From: Escherichia phage vB_EcoM_G53
Sequence record: MK327943.1
DNA: 64,000 bases
Direction: 5' to 3' (one strand)
Position 1 is the first letter of the stretch; each line of letters starts with the position of its first letter. The notes under the pieces are model-generated. The model was not told where the DNA came from, searched no databases, and saw only the letters and a program-made list of their open reading frames with translations. The position numbers and the translations under genes were made by a program. Of the stretch, positions 56,796 through 64,000 are shown piece after piece.

Positions 56796-57377
56796 TTATA
56801 ACAACCCTGTCAAATCATTCCAATGCTTCCGGCATAATGACACATATCTATCGGTATCACCAATTTCAATTTGACTGCCATCTGTAATTGGAAGTCCGTC
56901 TTCCGTGACTCTAGCTACCATTGTGGCCTTTTTACCACAATGACAGACACCTTTAAGTTCAACAAGCTTATCGGCAATAGCCATTAATGCTTGAGAACCT
57001 TCAAATAGATTACCTTTAAAATCTGTTCGTAGTCCATATGCCATTACCGGCACATTGTACACGTCAACAATACGACTAAGTTGATACACCTTTTCAGTAG
57101 TTAAGAACTGAGCTTCGTCAACAAATACACAATGAATATCCTTTTGTGCTGCAGCCCATTTATAAAATTCAAAGATATCCATGTCTTTTGTAATTATATT
57201 GGCATCCTGACGAATACCAATACGAGAGACTATTTCACCTTTTGAATCGCGAGTATCAATAGCCGGTTTAAGAACTAATACACCCATGCCACGTTCTTTA
57301 TAGTTATGTGCGGCAGTAAGTAATGAAGCAGACTTACCAGCGTTCATAGCGGCATAGGTAAAAATTAAACTAGCCAT
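56796..57377 (-). CDS. tk: thymidine kinase
   Basis: 193-aa ORF; P-loop AMNAGKS; C-terminal zinc ribbon CHCGKKA...CRKH; same length as T4 Tk. Confidence 0.85.
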   Translation of the reverse strand: MASLIFTYAAMNAGKSASLLTAAHNYKERGMGVLVLKPAIDTRDSKGEIVSRIGIRQDANIITKDMDIFEFYKWAAAQKDIHCVFVDEAQFLTTEKVYQLSRIVDVYNVPVMAYGLRTDFKGNLFEGSQALMAIADKLVELKGVCHCGKKATMVARVTEDGLPITDGSQIEIGDTDRYVSLCRKHWNDLTGLL

Positions 57378-57386
57378 AAGAGTCCC

Positions 57387-57569
57387 TTATAGTGAATTCA
57401 CGTAGTCAATGAGTTCTTGTTCTTTCCTGTCAAATGATTCCAACAATGCTTGATATTCTTCGTCTGTTAAAGGAGCATATTCATCGTACGCATTGGTGGC
57501 TGCTTGCTCATCCAATAGGTCATGGATAAGTTCGAACAGTTTAGTTTTCTCTTCTTTAGTCAATTTCAT
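57387..57569 (-). CDS. small acidic protein
   Basis: 60-aa ORF. Confidence 0.35.
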   Translation of the reverse strand: MKLTKEEKTKLFELIHDLLDEQAATNAYDEYAPLTDEEYQALLESFDRKEQELIDYVNSL

Positions 57570-57793
57570 TTAGGTTCACCTTCTTTAACGAAATCTGGGT
57601 AAGGGTAAAATCCTGAGTAAAACCCTTCACCTTTATGATTGCTACAACCTTTGTTCGAACAGTAACACCAATAATCAAAATCACAAGCCATTTCGTCATT
57701 GCATAAAGCAAAAACTACAGGCCATTCGCATTTTTCGCATTTAGCACCTGTAAGAATTTTTGTTTGACTCATAGCCATGTCACCTTTAAGCAA
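57566..57793 (-). CDS. small Cys-rich (zinc-binding-like) protein
   Basis: 75-aa ORF with 9 Cys (CEKCEW...CNDEMACDFDYWCYCSNKGC). Confidence 0.4.
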   Translation of the reverse strand: MLKGDMAMSQTKILTGAKCEKCEWPVVFALCNDEMACDFDYWCYCSNKGCSNHKGEGFYSGFYPYPDFVKEGEPK

Positions 57794-57996
57794 TATTCTT
57801 CTACATGTTGTTTACGGCCTTTCTTATCAATAAAGGTATATTCAACGAATGTTCCGATGTAGTCTTTATCTACATCATGTGGACTATTAATTGGACATTT
57901 GGTACGACAAATGCGTTCCCATTGACGAATAATTACTGCCTTATTCTTTGGGTCATATGGATGTGGATAATGTATATTCATAATAACGGTTCCCAA
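57769..57996 (-). CDS. small hypothetical protein
   Basis: 75-aa ORF. Confidence 0.4.
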   Translation of the reverse strand: MGTVIMNIHYPHPYDPKNKAVIIRQWERICRTKCPINSPHDVDKDYIGTFVEYTFIDKKGRKQHVEEYCLKVTWL

Positions 57997-58475
57997 TCAA
58001 CAATCACAATTTCTAGTTTAGTAGAATACGTATCTAAAATCTCTTCGATGACATCCCAGTTTCCACCACCAATACCTGCACCAATTCTTGGCATATAAAT
58101 TACAGGCTTTATTATCTTATTCTTTCCGAATTCATTTAATTCTATTATACAATTCATTAAAGCAGAGTACTCAAAATTAGGTCCCGGCTCAAACTGTGTA
58201 TAAAGATTAAAGCAATAAGCTTTATGGGTCTTAAAATATTTTTCATAAACCGAATAAGTCCCGAGTTTAGACTCGTCTCCGAATTCGGTTTGAAGTTTAT
58301 CGGCTTCCAGAATTTTTGGATAAGCCTTTGCTAATTGTCCTGCCACACCCGCGCCCATTGTATGAAAACAATTACACCCATGAGCAATATTATTACCTTT
58401 AGAAAACAGGGCGACAATATCGCCCTTGATATAGTTTTTAATCACTTGCTGCAAGTCCTCTATTATAAGAGTCAA
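57978..58475 (-). CDS. macro-domain protein (ADP-ribose binding/processing)
   Basis: 165-aa ORF; NIAHGCNCFHTMGAGVAGQLAK and PRIGAGIGGGNW match macrodomain motifs. Confidence 0.6.
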   Translation of the reverse strand: MTLIIEDLQQVIKNYIKGDIVALFSKGNNIAHGCNCFHTMGAGVAGQLAKAYPKILEADKLQTEFGDESKLGTYSVYEKYFKTHKAYCFNLYTQFEPGPNFEYSALMNCIIELNEFGKNKIIKPVIYMPRIGAGIGGGNWDVIEEILDTYSTKLEIVIVDWEPLL

Positions 58476-58785
58476 CTAGACGGTCCACCATAGAATTGCA
58501 TGCTGCCTTATCTTTAGGTTCCGCCACCGAGCATTCTAATATTTGCCATTTTTTATAGTATCTTTTAATTAAGGTAGACGCCTTGAACCTACTAGACGCC
58601 CCGTCTTTTTCTCCGTCTTTATACGCATATAACAATTTTTGTGAAAAATCTACTTTACACTCTTGACTTTTACCACAGTAATCAGACGCCGTTCTGTTTG
58701 TATACTCCGTTACATCAGTATATGTAGTATTAGCAAGAGCGTTAAATGAAACCAAGCCAACTATTAAAGCCAACATTTTGGTCAT
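58438..58785 (-). CDS. secreted Cys-containing protein
   Basis: 115-aa ORF with signal peptide. Confidence 0.45.
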   Translation of the reverse strand: MTKMLALIVGLVSFNALANTTYTDVTEYTNRTASDYCGKSQECKVDFSQKLLYAYKDGEKDGASSRFKASTLIKRYYKKWQILECSVAEPKDKAACNSMVDRLVDSYNRGLAASD

Positions 58786-59324
58786 TCTTTTATTTCCAGT
58801 AGTTTATTTGATTTAAGGTAATTAGCCTTTTCTAGGACTTCAGAAGCATATTTACTTCCGGCACTTGTCTTCCATCCCGCATTATATGAGGATATAGCTT
58901 TTCTTATATCCCCGTTATGTATATTTAACCAATAAGAAAATTCGATATAAGCCCATCTGGCTGAATTAGACCGCTTAGATAGCATTTTCTTAATTTGGGC
59001 ATCAGTCATATTATAACCAAGTTGGTTAATTCTTGCCCTCATTGTTGGTAGATAATTTTGGAACATTCCATACGCATGGTGACCTTTCTTATCTTTAAGA
59101 TTAATACCGGCAGATGATTCCTGCCATAGTATTGCGGCCATTATGTATCCAAGTCCTTTCTTATGCATATTTTCATGCGTTTTAAATTTTCCATCCTTAG
59201 AAAACTGTTCCCCAAACTGATAAGCATAATTCAAGTTATCGAGTTGGACATTACTAAAAGTATGCTCGGAGCTATGTGCTGATAACGAAAGAGCAAATAG
59301 ACCAGCGAGTAGTGCTTTTCTCAT
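58782..59324 (-). CDS. periplasmic lytic transglycosylase-like protein (SLT domain)
   Basis: 180-aa ORF; signal peptide; WQESS catalytic-Glu context and AYGMFQ motif. Confidence 0.5.
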   Translation of the reverse strand: MRKALLAGLFALSLSAHSSEHTFSNVQLDNLNYAYQFGEQFSKDGKFKTHENMHKKGLGYIMAAILWQESSAGINLKDKKGHHAYGMFQNYLPTMRARINQLGYNMTDAQIKKMLSKRSNSARWAYIEFSYWLNIHNGDIRKAISSYNAGWKTSAGSKYASEVLEKANYLKSNKLLEIKE

Positions 59325-59332
59325 GTTTACCT

Positions 59333-59791
59333 CTAGATTTTAATCACTGCTTTAGAAGCTTTTCCTGGTAGTCGTTTACTGTTAATAATAGCCATTCTAC
59401 ATCGAAGAGTCTTCATTTTGAATGCCGGATTTTCGCGACAAACTGTAAGTCCTAACCAAAGATTTCCGTCAGTTATTTCTAAACGGCCTGGACGATACTC
59501 GACACCTTCGACAAAATCTTCATCAACATCTGGACGTGCCGGCATTGATAAAAATTCTGCAACTTCTTTAACGTGATTTTTTACTTTATGAAATAATTCA
59601 AAAACGTAATTCTCATCTATTTCTCTCTGGATGGCACGATCTAAGAGATGTTGAGAATACTTGATATGAAAGCCTGGTAGTCCAAGAGACTTTGCAGCAT
59701 CTTTTATACCGGCATTTATTTTGCGGAACTCCGTTTCAAAGATTCGACGGAGTTTATTACGGCGGATAAAAACTTCCGAATTGATAGTCAT
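59333..59791 (-). CDS. regB: RegB endoribonuclease
   Basis: 152 aa from the ATG at 59791 (MTINSEVFIRRNKLRR...); highly similar to T4 RegB as I recall it. Confidence 0.85.
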   Translation of the reverse strand: MTINSEVFIRRNKLRRIFETEFRKINAGIKDAAKSLGLPGFHIKYSQHLLDRAIQREIDENYVFELFHKVKNHVKEVAEFLSMPARPDVDEDFVEGVEYRPGRLEITDGNLWLGLTVCRENPAFKMKTLRCRMAIINSKRLPGKASKAVIKI

Positions 59792-59819
59792 TTTGATTTC
59801 TCCTCTAGTTGACAAGTCT

Positions 59820-59849
59820 ATAGTAACACAACTAGAGGAGAAGTAAACT
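59820..59849 (-). promoter_or_regulatory. early promoter with 12-bp perfect inverted repeat spanning spacer and regB SD
   Basis: minus strand GTTTAC, 18-nt spacer, TACTAT; ctcctctagttg in the spacer pairs with caactagaggag carrying the SD. Confidence 0.55.
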
Positions 59850-60147
59850 ACTCTTTGAAAGGAATTAACTTTTTAACTGCTTTAGATACTTCGTCACGAA
59901 CCTGATGGAAGTTCTTGAGCTGTTCAAGGCGTTGTTCGTAATACGCAATCTCATCTTCTTCAAGACAATCGTCAGCGTCTTCTTTCAGATATGCCTTGTA
60001 CTCATTAAAGAGGGCCCATAGGCGGTTCTCAAAGTCATCAAGGCTTTGAATTTTCTTGTGCTTCGGAACAAGGCCAAAAGGATTGCTTTCAGTTATGCGT
60101 CTAGATGCTTCATAATGAGTTCCAAAGCCTGATAGGATTTGAGCCAT
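59848..60147 (-). CDS. hypothetical protein
   Basis: 99-aa ORF. Confidence 0.45.
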   Translation of the reverse strand: MAQILSGFGTHYEASRRITESNPFGLVPKHKKIQSLDDFENRLWALFNEYKAYLKEDADDCLEEDEIAYYEQRLEQLKNFHQVRDEVSKAVKKLIPFKE

Positions 60148-60413
60148 TAGTATTTTTCCTCAGGTCGAAATACCGCACGACATGCCCACATGCTGGCTTC
60201 TTTTAGATGTTGCTTAGCATACTTAAGAGCCTGCACTGCATCCATATCTTCTTTGGTTTGTTGCTCTGTTTCATTTTCTTTCAAGATATATGCTTCTTCA
60301 ATCAGAGCATCAAACAACAATCCAAGACGGACTTCTGCATCTTTAATAGCGTTCACTTTACCGATTTTATCATCGGTATGCGGCTTGTAGCCTTTGATGT
60401 CTTCAATCGACAT
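60147..60413 (-). CDS. hypothetical protein (start placed at MSIEDIKG)
   Basis: ORF 60147..60581 trimmed to the ATG near the upstream stop. Confidence 0.4.
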   Translation of the reverse strand: MSIEDIKGYKPHTDDKIGKVNAIKDAEVRLGLLFDALIEEAYILKENETEQQTKEDMDAVQALKYAKQHLKEASMWACRAVFRPEEKY

Positions 60414-60627
60414 AAGGAATTTCCTCATCTGTGGCAAGGTCATATTCGACCAATTGGATAGGCTCATTAATACCATATCCACGTACAGTGATATCAGTTG
60501 TCGGATAGTTTCCAGTAATATCACCCATTCTAAATGATTCAGTGAATGATTGCTCGCCTGAGCAACTAAACCAGGCGGCAAAACATTTTAAAACATCTTC
60601 AGACCCTTCTATAATCAATTTAGCCAT
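60403..60627 (-). CDS. small hypothetical protein
   Basis: 74-aa ORF. Confidence 0.4.
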   Translation of the reverse strand: MAKLIIEGSEDVLKCFAAWFSCSGEQSFTESFRMGDITGNYPTTDITVRGYGINEPIQLVEYDLATDEEIPYVD

Positions 60628-60989
60628 TATAGACTCTCAGTAAAGGTGCGAGCGATAACGTCACGCTGCTGTTCCGGAGTCAGAGAGTTAAAGCGAACTG
60701 CATAACCGGATACACGGATGGTCAGCTGCGGATATTTTTCCGGATGCTTAACTGCATCTTCCAGAGTTTCACGACGCAGAACGTTAACGTTCAGGTGTTG
60801 ACCACCTTCAATTTTAACTTTAGGTTGATGTTCAATTTCAATTTCACGGGCATTCAAACCGTAGAAAATTTCCGGGTCTACAATAGCGTCTTCTTTAAAA
60901 GTCTTAGAGACAATAATCCGGGCTTGAGTACCGTCTTCAAAATAAATAGTGCCTTTATGTGCACCTTCAAGAATTTGATATGCTTTCAT
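60627..60989 (-). CDS. autonomous glycyl-radical cofactor protein (GrcA/YfiD-like)
   Basis: 120-aa ORF; C-terminal [27 protein letters not shown] glycyl-radical (PFL-type RVSGY) motif. Confidence 0.65.
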   Translation of the reverse strand: MKAYQILEGAHKGTIYFEDGTQARIIVSKTFKEDAIVDPEIFYGLNAREIEIEHQPKVKIEGGQHLNVNVLRRETLEDAVKHPEKYPQLTIRVSGYAVRFNSLTPEQQRDVIARTFTESL

Positions 60990-60995
60990 ATAACC

Positions 60996-61304
60996 TCAAT
61001 TAGAAAATAAATTTATCCAAGTTTTTTCTTTAATCAAAAATGGGTCGGAATTAAACGCCATTAAACTTTGAGTGATTAATCCCTTAAATGGCCCATCAAT
61101 AAATTCCATTTTGAAATGTGGAATACTAGTCATCAACCGTGCATTAGGAGCAGTACAAAGAACCTGCTGCCCTGCGAACGGACCTTTAGTCAAACGATAT
61201 CGTTTAGGTTTAAAATGGTAAATCTCGTAATTTTCTACAAGGGCCCTTTTATTGCATACTGGGCTGTTATAACAATATTCAAAAACTTCAATAGTGGTCA
61301 TCAT
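60996..61304 (-). CDS. hypothetical protein
   Basis: 102-aa ORF. Confidence 0.45.
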   Translation of the reverse strand: MMTTIEVFEYCYNSPVCNKRALVENYEIYHFKPKRYRLTKGPFAGQQVLCTAPNARLMTSIPHFKMEFIDGPFKGLITQSLMAFNSDPFLIKEKTWINLFSN

Positions 61305-61840
61305 TGCATTCCAATCACAAAAAATTGAGGACGAGCATTACCGCCGATGCAATATTTGCTTTTGCAACAGTGTTGGACTGTTTTAATATGTACATTGTAA
61401 ATCTTATCCATATCAGGAGCTTTAATAGGCTCGTCAATTATATACAGAATACGAGAAAGCGTTAATCCACGGAATTTAGAACCTTCATTGCCAATAAAAC
61501 TACGAACAGAATCAGTAAATAAACGGAATCGAATATCGTCGCTAGAATAACGAGAAAATTCTTTTTCAATGTTGCCAGCAGAAATTTTAGCATAAGCTGA
61601 AGTATTAGAAAGAACAATAACTGTTCCGCCATCATACAGCCAATTAGCAGCAAAGTTAGTCACAGCAATTGATTTACCTGATTGTCGGCCGCCGTCTAAA
61701 CGAAGTGTACAGTACTGCTTGAGTACGTCTTCAAATGGTGGGACATAACCGTTCTTACAAATTTCTTCTACTCTAGCATCAGAATGGTGTGTAAAAGCAT
61801 TCATCAGGGATAGATAAGGTCCAGTTAAAAATGTTCTCAT
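61301..61840 (-). CDS. P-loop protein (start placed at MRTFLTGP)
   Basis: ORF-track start at 61876 is a GTG; ATG at 61840; GGRQSGKS Walker A-like. Confidence 0.4.
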   Translation of the reverse strand: MRTFLTGPYLSLMNAFTHHSDARVEEICKNGYVPPFEDVLKQYCTLRLDGGRQSGKSIAVTNFAANWLYDGGTVIVLSNTSAYAKISAGNIEKEFSRYSSDDIRFRLFTDSVRSFIGNEGSKFRGLTLSRILYIIDEPIKAPDMDKIYNVHIKTVQHCCKSKYCIGGNARPQFFVIGMQ

Positions 61841-62012
61841 ATTATTTCTCTTAAGGTTGGGGCCATTCCGTGGCACATGTTAGGTCCTTCGACTCGCTAT
61901 GTAAACCCATTACCGCATTGCGCTCGACCTTATTACAGGTTGGAAAAGGTACATCACTCAGAGGACTCGACGTTCATGAGGAGAGGTTGCGTTTCCCTTT
62001 ATTAGGCAAGAA

Positions 62013-62342
62013 TTATACTCTAGGCTTTTGAGCTTGTTTGGTATTGGATTCCCATGCGGCTTTGGTAATTTTGTTAGCGGCATAACCAAAGGCATTAGAT
62101 AGAACACCTTTAGAGTTGAATACATCCAATCCAATAAGTACACCGGCTGTGTTAAATTTAGGAGCAAAGTACGCATTAGTTTTAGAAAGAACTTTTTTCA
62201 ATTCAGGGTCTTGAACCAAGCCATCAAAAACGCCTTTACTATTTACTTTGTATGTTACTTTGGGATTTTTACCTTCTTCGATAGCAGCTTTCTGTTCCGC
62301 AGATAATGTAACTTCAGTGATAAACTCCTGATATGTTTTCAT
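62013..62342 (-). CDS. internal protein (IP) with capsid-targeting leader
   Basis: 109-aa ORF beginning MKTYQEFITE, the T4 IP leader consensus; AAGGA SD. Confidence 0.6.
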   Translation of the reverse strand: MKTYQEFITEVTLSAEQKAAIEEGKNPKVTYKVNSKGVFDGLVQDPELKKVLSKTNAYFAPKFNTAGVLIGLDVFNSKGVLSNAFGYAANKITKAAWESNTKQAQKPRV

Positions 62343-62367
62343 TTTGTTCCTATTGTTTTAATTTATG

Positions 62368-62682
62368 TTATTCTTTAGGGAAGTTTTTAGAGTATGCATC
62401 ATAAAGTTTATTACCAATACGACGGAAGACTTTAGCTGCAAAACGGTTTTCAGGGTTTTTAATCATGATTTGCATCATGTAAGTTCCTGCATCCGAAAGA
62501 GCTTCTTCATAGTACCCATTAATTTCTTTAAGAGTCCTACGTTTACCGCCAGGACCATCAACAGTAATTTTCCATTTACCTGTAGAAGTGCGGCTCGGTG
62601 GCTCAACTTGTTCAATCCAAATATAACCACCTTCAACGCGTTGGTTGGCGGATTCTGCAATAAATTCTTTATACGTTTTCAT
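62368..62682 (-). CDS. internal protein (IP) with capsid-targeting leader
   Basis: 104-aa ORF beginning MKTYKEFIAE. Confidence 0.6.
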   Translation of the reverse strand: MKTYKEFIAESANQRVEGGYIWIEQVEPPSRTSTGKWKITVDGPGGKRRTLKEINGYYEEALSDAGTYMMQIMIKNPENRFAAKVFRRIGNKLYDAYSKNFPKE

Positions 62683-62746
62683 TTTTTGTTTCCTTGTTTG
62701 TTTTGATAGAGTAATTATACCATATTAATACTTAAGCGTAAACAAT

Positions 62747-63007
62747 TTAAGCTTTACCGCCAGAAATAATTCCGAAGTTGTTAAAATCGTATCCAATATC
62801 GTCAACATCTACTTTAGGGCTTGCTACAACATAAGCAATTTCACTACGTTTTGCATAGGTGTTGATTTCTTTACCATCGCCACCTAAGAAAGAATACCCA
62901 TTACGTTTTAATGAGCCAAAGTCTTCCGCATCACCAATGAAAGCTTTAACTTTAAATTTGGGGTCTTTGGCATCTGCTTCAATGATAAATTCTTGATACA
63001 TTTTCAT
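62747..63007 (-). CDS. internal protein-like product from the internal start inside the denV frame
   Basis: ATG at 63007 preceded by TAAGGAAAAA; [14 protein letters not shown] leader. Confidence 0.45.
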   Translation of the reverse strand: MKMYQEFIIEADAKDPKFKVKAFIGDAEDFGSLKRNGYSFLGGDGKEINTYAKRSEIAYVVASPKVDVDDIGYDFNNFGIISGGKA

Positions 63008-63427
63008 TTTTTCCTTAGTAAATTGATTACCATAGTATTTGTACCAAGTCGGACGTTGAGCAATTTTTTCATCTAAGCGTGCTTGACTTATCGCAATGGA
63101 CGCTTCGGACGGGACGTAATTATTACGAAATTCGGCAGGAATGTCGGAAATATCCTGGACAGTCGTGTCCTTGATTTTGAAACCGCGTTTCAAGCATTCA
63201 GCGATTAGCTCGATTTGTCGTAAACGTAAAAATTCGAGTTTGTCGTAAAAGAATGTTACGTGACCTGTGCCTAAGATAAATGTTGGAGAGATTTTAAAAT
63301 CCTTTACACGTTTACCGTTTTGAACATGTTTACGGACTGCACCAAATACGCGTGGTAATTCACGATACTCAGCCATAAGATGTTGGTCGGACAGTTCAGA
63401 AACAAGTGTTAAATTGATACGAGTCAT
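62747..63427 (-). CDS. denV: DenV endonuclease V (pyrimidine-dimer glycosylase) reading in-frame into an IP-like C-terminal module
   Basis: from the ATG at 63427: [34 protein letters not shown] matches T4 DenV as I recall it; no stop before [10 protein letters not shown] at 63007. Confidence 0.75.
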   Translation of the reverse strand: MTRINLTLVSELSDQHLMAEYRELPRVFGAVRKHVQNGKRVKDFKISPTFILGTGHVTFFYDKLEFLRLRQIELIAECLKRGFKIKDTTVQDISDIPAEFRNNYVPSEASIAISQARLDEKIAQRPTWYKYYGNQFTKEKMKMYQEFIIEADAKDPKFKVKAFIGDAEDFGSLKRNGYSFLGGDGKEINTYAKRSEIAYVVASPKVDVDDIGYDFNNFGIISGGKA

Positions 63428-63455
63428 AATTTCCTCCAAGTAGTTGATGAATGTA

Positions 63456-63485
63456 TAGTATCAAAACCCTTGGAGGAAGTAAACA
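63456..63485 (-). promoter_or_regulatory. early promoter with inverted repeat spanning spacer and denV SD
   Basis: minus strand GTTTAC, 18-nt spacer, TACTAT; cctccaag pairs with cttggagg carrying the SD; coordinates approximate. Confidence 0.45.
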
Positions 63486-63767
63486 CTATTTTTCTGAAGC
63501 GCCTGAAATATATTTTTCAAGACGTTGTTTCATTAGCGAGCCGTTCTTAGCGATTTCTTCCGGTTTATCGCACATACGTAACAAGGCTTCAAGCTTAGCG
63601 ATATCGCTGGTACGTTCAAATTTGCGAGTATCTATTTTACTAGCAAGTTCAGAAATACGTGCTAATAGACTTTCAGCTTCAACCAAAGCTGCACCTAGCT
63701 TAGTTGCAAATGTGTCGGTAGCTTCGTTAAGAATAGATTCTGATAAAAATTCACTATATGTTTTCAT
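63486..63767 (-). CDS. internal protein (IP) with capsid-targeting leader
   Basis: 93 aa from [10 protein letters not shown]; ATG overlaps the e stop codon (ATGA). Confidence 0.55.
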   Translation of the reverse strand: MKTYSEFLSESILNEATDTFATKLGAALVEAESLLARISELASKIDTRKFERTSDIAKLEALLRMCDKPEEIAKNGSLMKQRLEKYISGASEK

Positions 63768-64000
63768 ATATACGCTTTCCAAGTTCCTGTTTTAAATGTT
63801 GAGATTACGCGTTTCGCGCGATTAGGTGTCTGACGATACCATTTAGATTGGGCTAGATTTACTGCCGCTTCATCCCAACGTTTCTGTTGAAGCATACGAA
63901 GAGAATTAGTAAAACCGGCGACGCCTGCTACACCCATTTGGAAGACCATATTGACCAATGCACAACGACGAACTGCATCTAAAGAATCATACACCGGTTT
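63764..64000 (-). CDS. e: lysozyme e (endolysin), 3' portion only; 5' end lies beyond the window
   Basis: C-terminal 76 aa [62 protein letters not shown] matches T4 lysozyme as I recall it. Confidence 0.85.
   Translation of the reverse strand, partial: KPVYDSLDAVRRCALVNMVFQMGVAGVAGFTNSLRMLQQKRWDEAAVNLAQSKWYRQTPNRAKRVISTFKTGTWKAYI

Noticed and set aside
61841-62012. Relatively GC-rich 170-bp noncoding stretch between the P-loop gene and the first IP gene, examined as a possible tRNA or small RNA
   Set aside because: No cloverleaf, T-loop (GTTCGAAT) or CCA-compatible acceptor could be built on either strand; it contains a GTTTAC/TAACAT promoter-like element, so it is more likely a promoter/leader region
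1-64000. Plus-strand ORFs in the track that lie antisense within large minus-strand genes (for example 743..1165, 33254..33847, 36098..36550, 52572..52928)
   Set aside because: They overlap well-supported genes on the opposite strand, lack RBSs and have low-complexity translations; treated as shadow ORFs
1-64000. Minus-strand ORFs nested out of frame inside larger genes (for example 609..815, 7136..7345, 34696..34890, 37879..38136, 49179..49406, 51243..51440, 56300..56500, 61462..61653, 62475..62660)
   Set aside because: Fully contained in longer, motif-supported ORFs in another frame; no independent signals
1-64000. CRISPR arrays, tRNA genes, group I introns or homing-endonuclease insertions
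   Set aside because: No regularly spaced direct repeats, no tRNA-like structures and no GIY-YIG or intact HNH ORFs were seen; gene 39 and the polymerase gene are uninterrupted

Overview
This 64 kb window is a T4-like (Tevenvirinae) myophage genome segment, collinear with the T4 map from rIIA through the replication/recombination core to lysozyme e. Nearly every gene is on the minus strand; one small gene (15930..16127) is on the plus strand. All calls rest on reading the ORF translations and the raw sequence and on recalled family motifs; no database search was run. Recognisable genes include rIIA, topoisomerase gp39 (unsplit), dexA, dda, modA/modB-like ADP-ribosyltransferases, soc, 56, 61, spackle, 41, uvsX, a gp42-like hydroxymethylase, DNA polymerase gp43 (903 aa, RB69-like from memory), regA, 62/44/45, 46/47, 55, endonuclease VII, nrdC, tk, regB, denV, internal proteins and the 3' part of e. 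Regulatory signals are dense: GTTTAC-N17/18-TAyTAT early promoters, MotA-box middle promoters, TATAAATA late promoters, tetraloop terminators and a gp43 operator-like hairpin. Several extra small genes under 60 codons, missed by the ORF track, are called from ATGA/TAATG stop-start overlaps. The main hunt result is a putative sugar-nucleotide DNA-hypermodification system: a SIS isomerase, HAD phosphatase and fused kinase/nucleotidyltransferase (27579..30468) sit where T4 has imm, beside a P-loop kinase and a Cys-rich enzyme near gp42, with a GT-B glycosyltransferase (2520..3620) where T4 has gene 60/mobA; no alpha-gt/beta-gt-sized ORF occupies the T4 positions. This matches my recollection of arabinosyl-hmC in RB69-type phages, but the pathway order and two members remain uncharacterised. 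Other leads are a macro-domain protein alongside the ADP-ribosyltransferases, a pol-beta-type nucleotidyltransferase next to an AAA-like ATPase, promoter-embedded inverted repeats that could sequester ribosome-binding sites, an in-frame denV-internal protein fusion, and a new family of small basic proteins.
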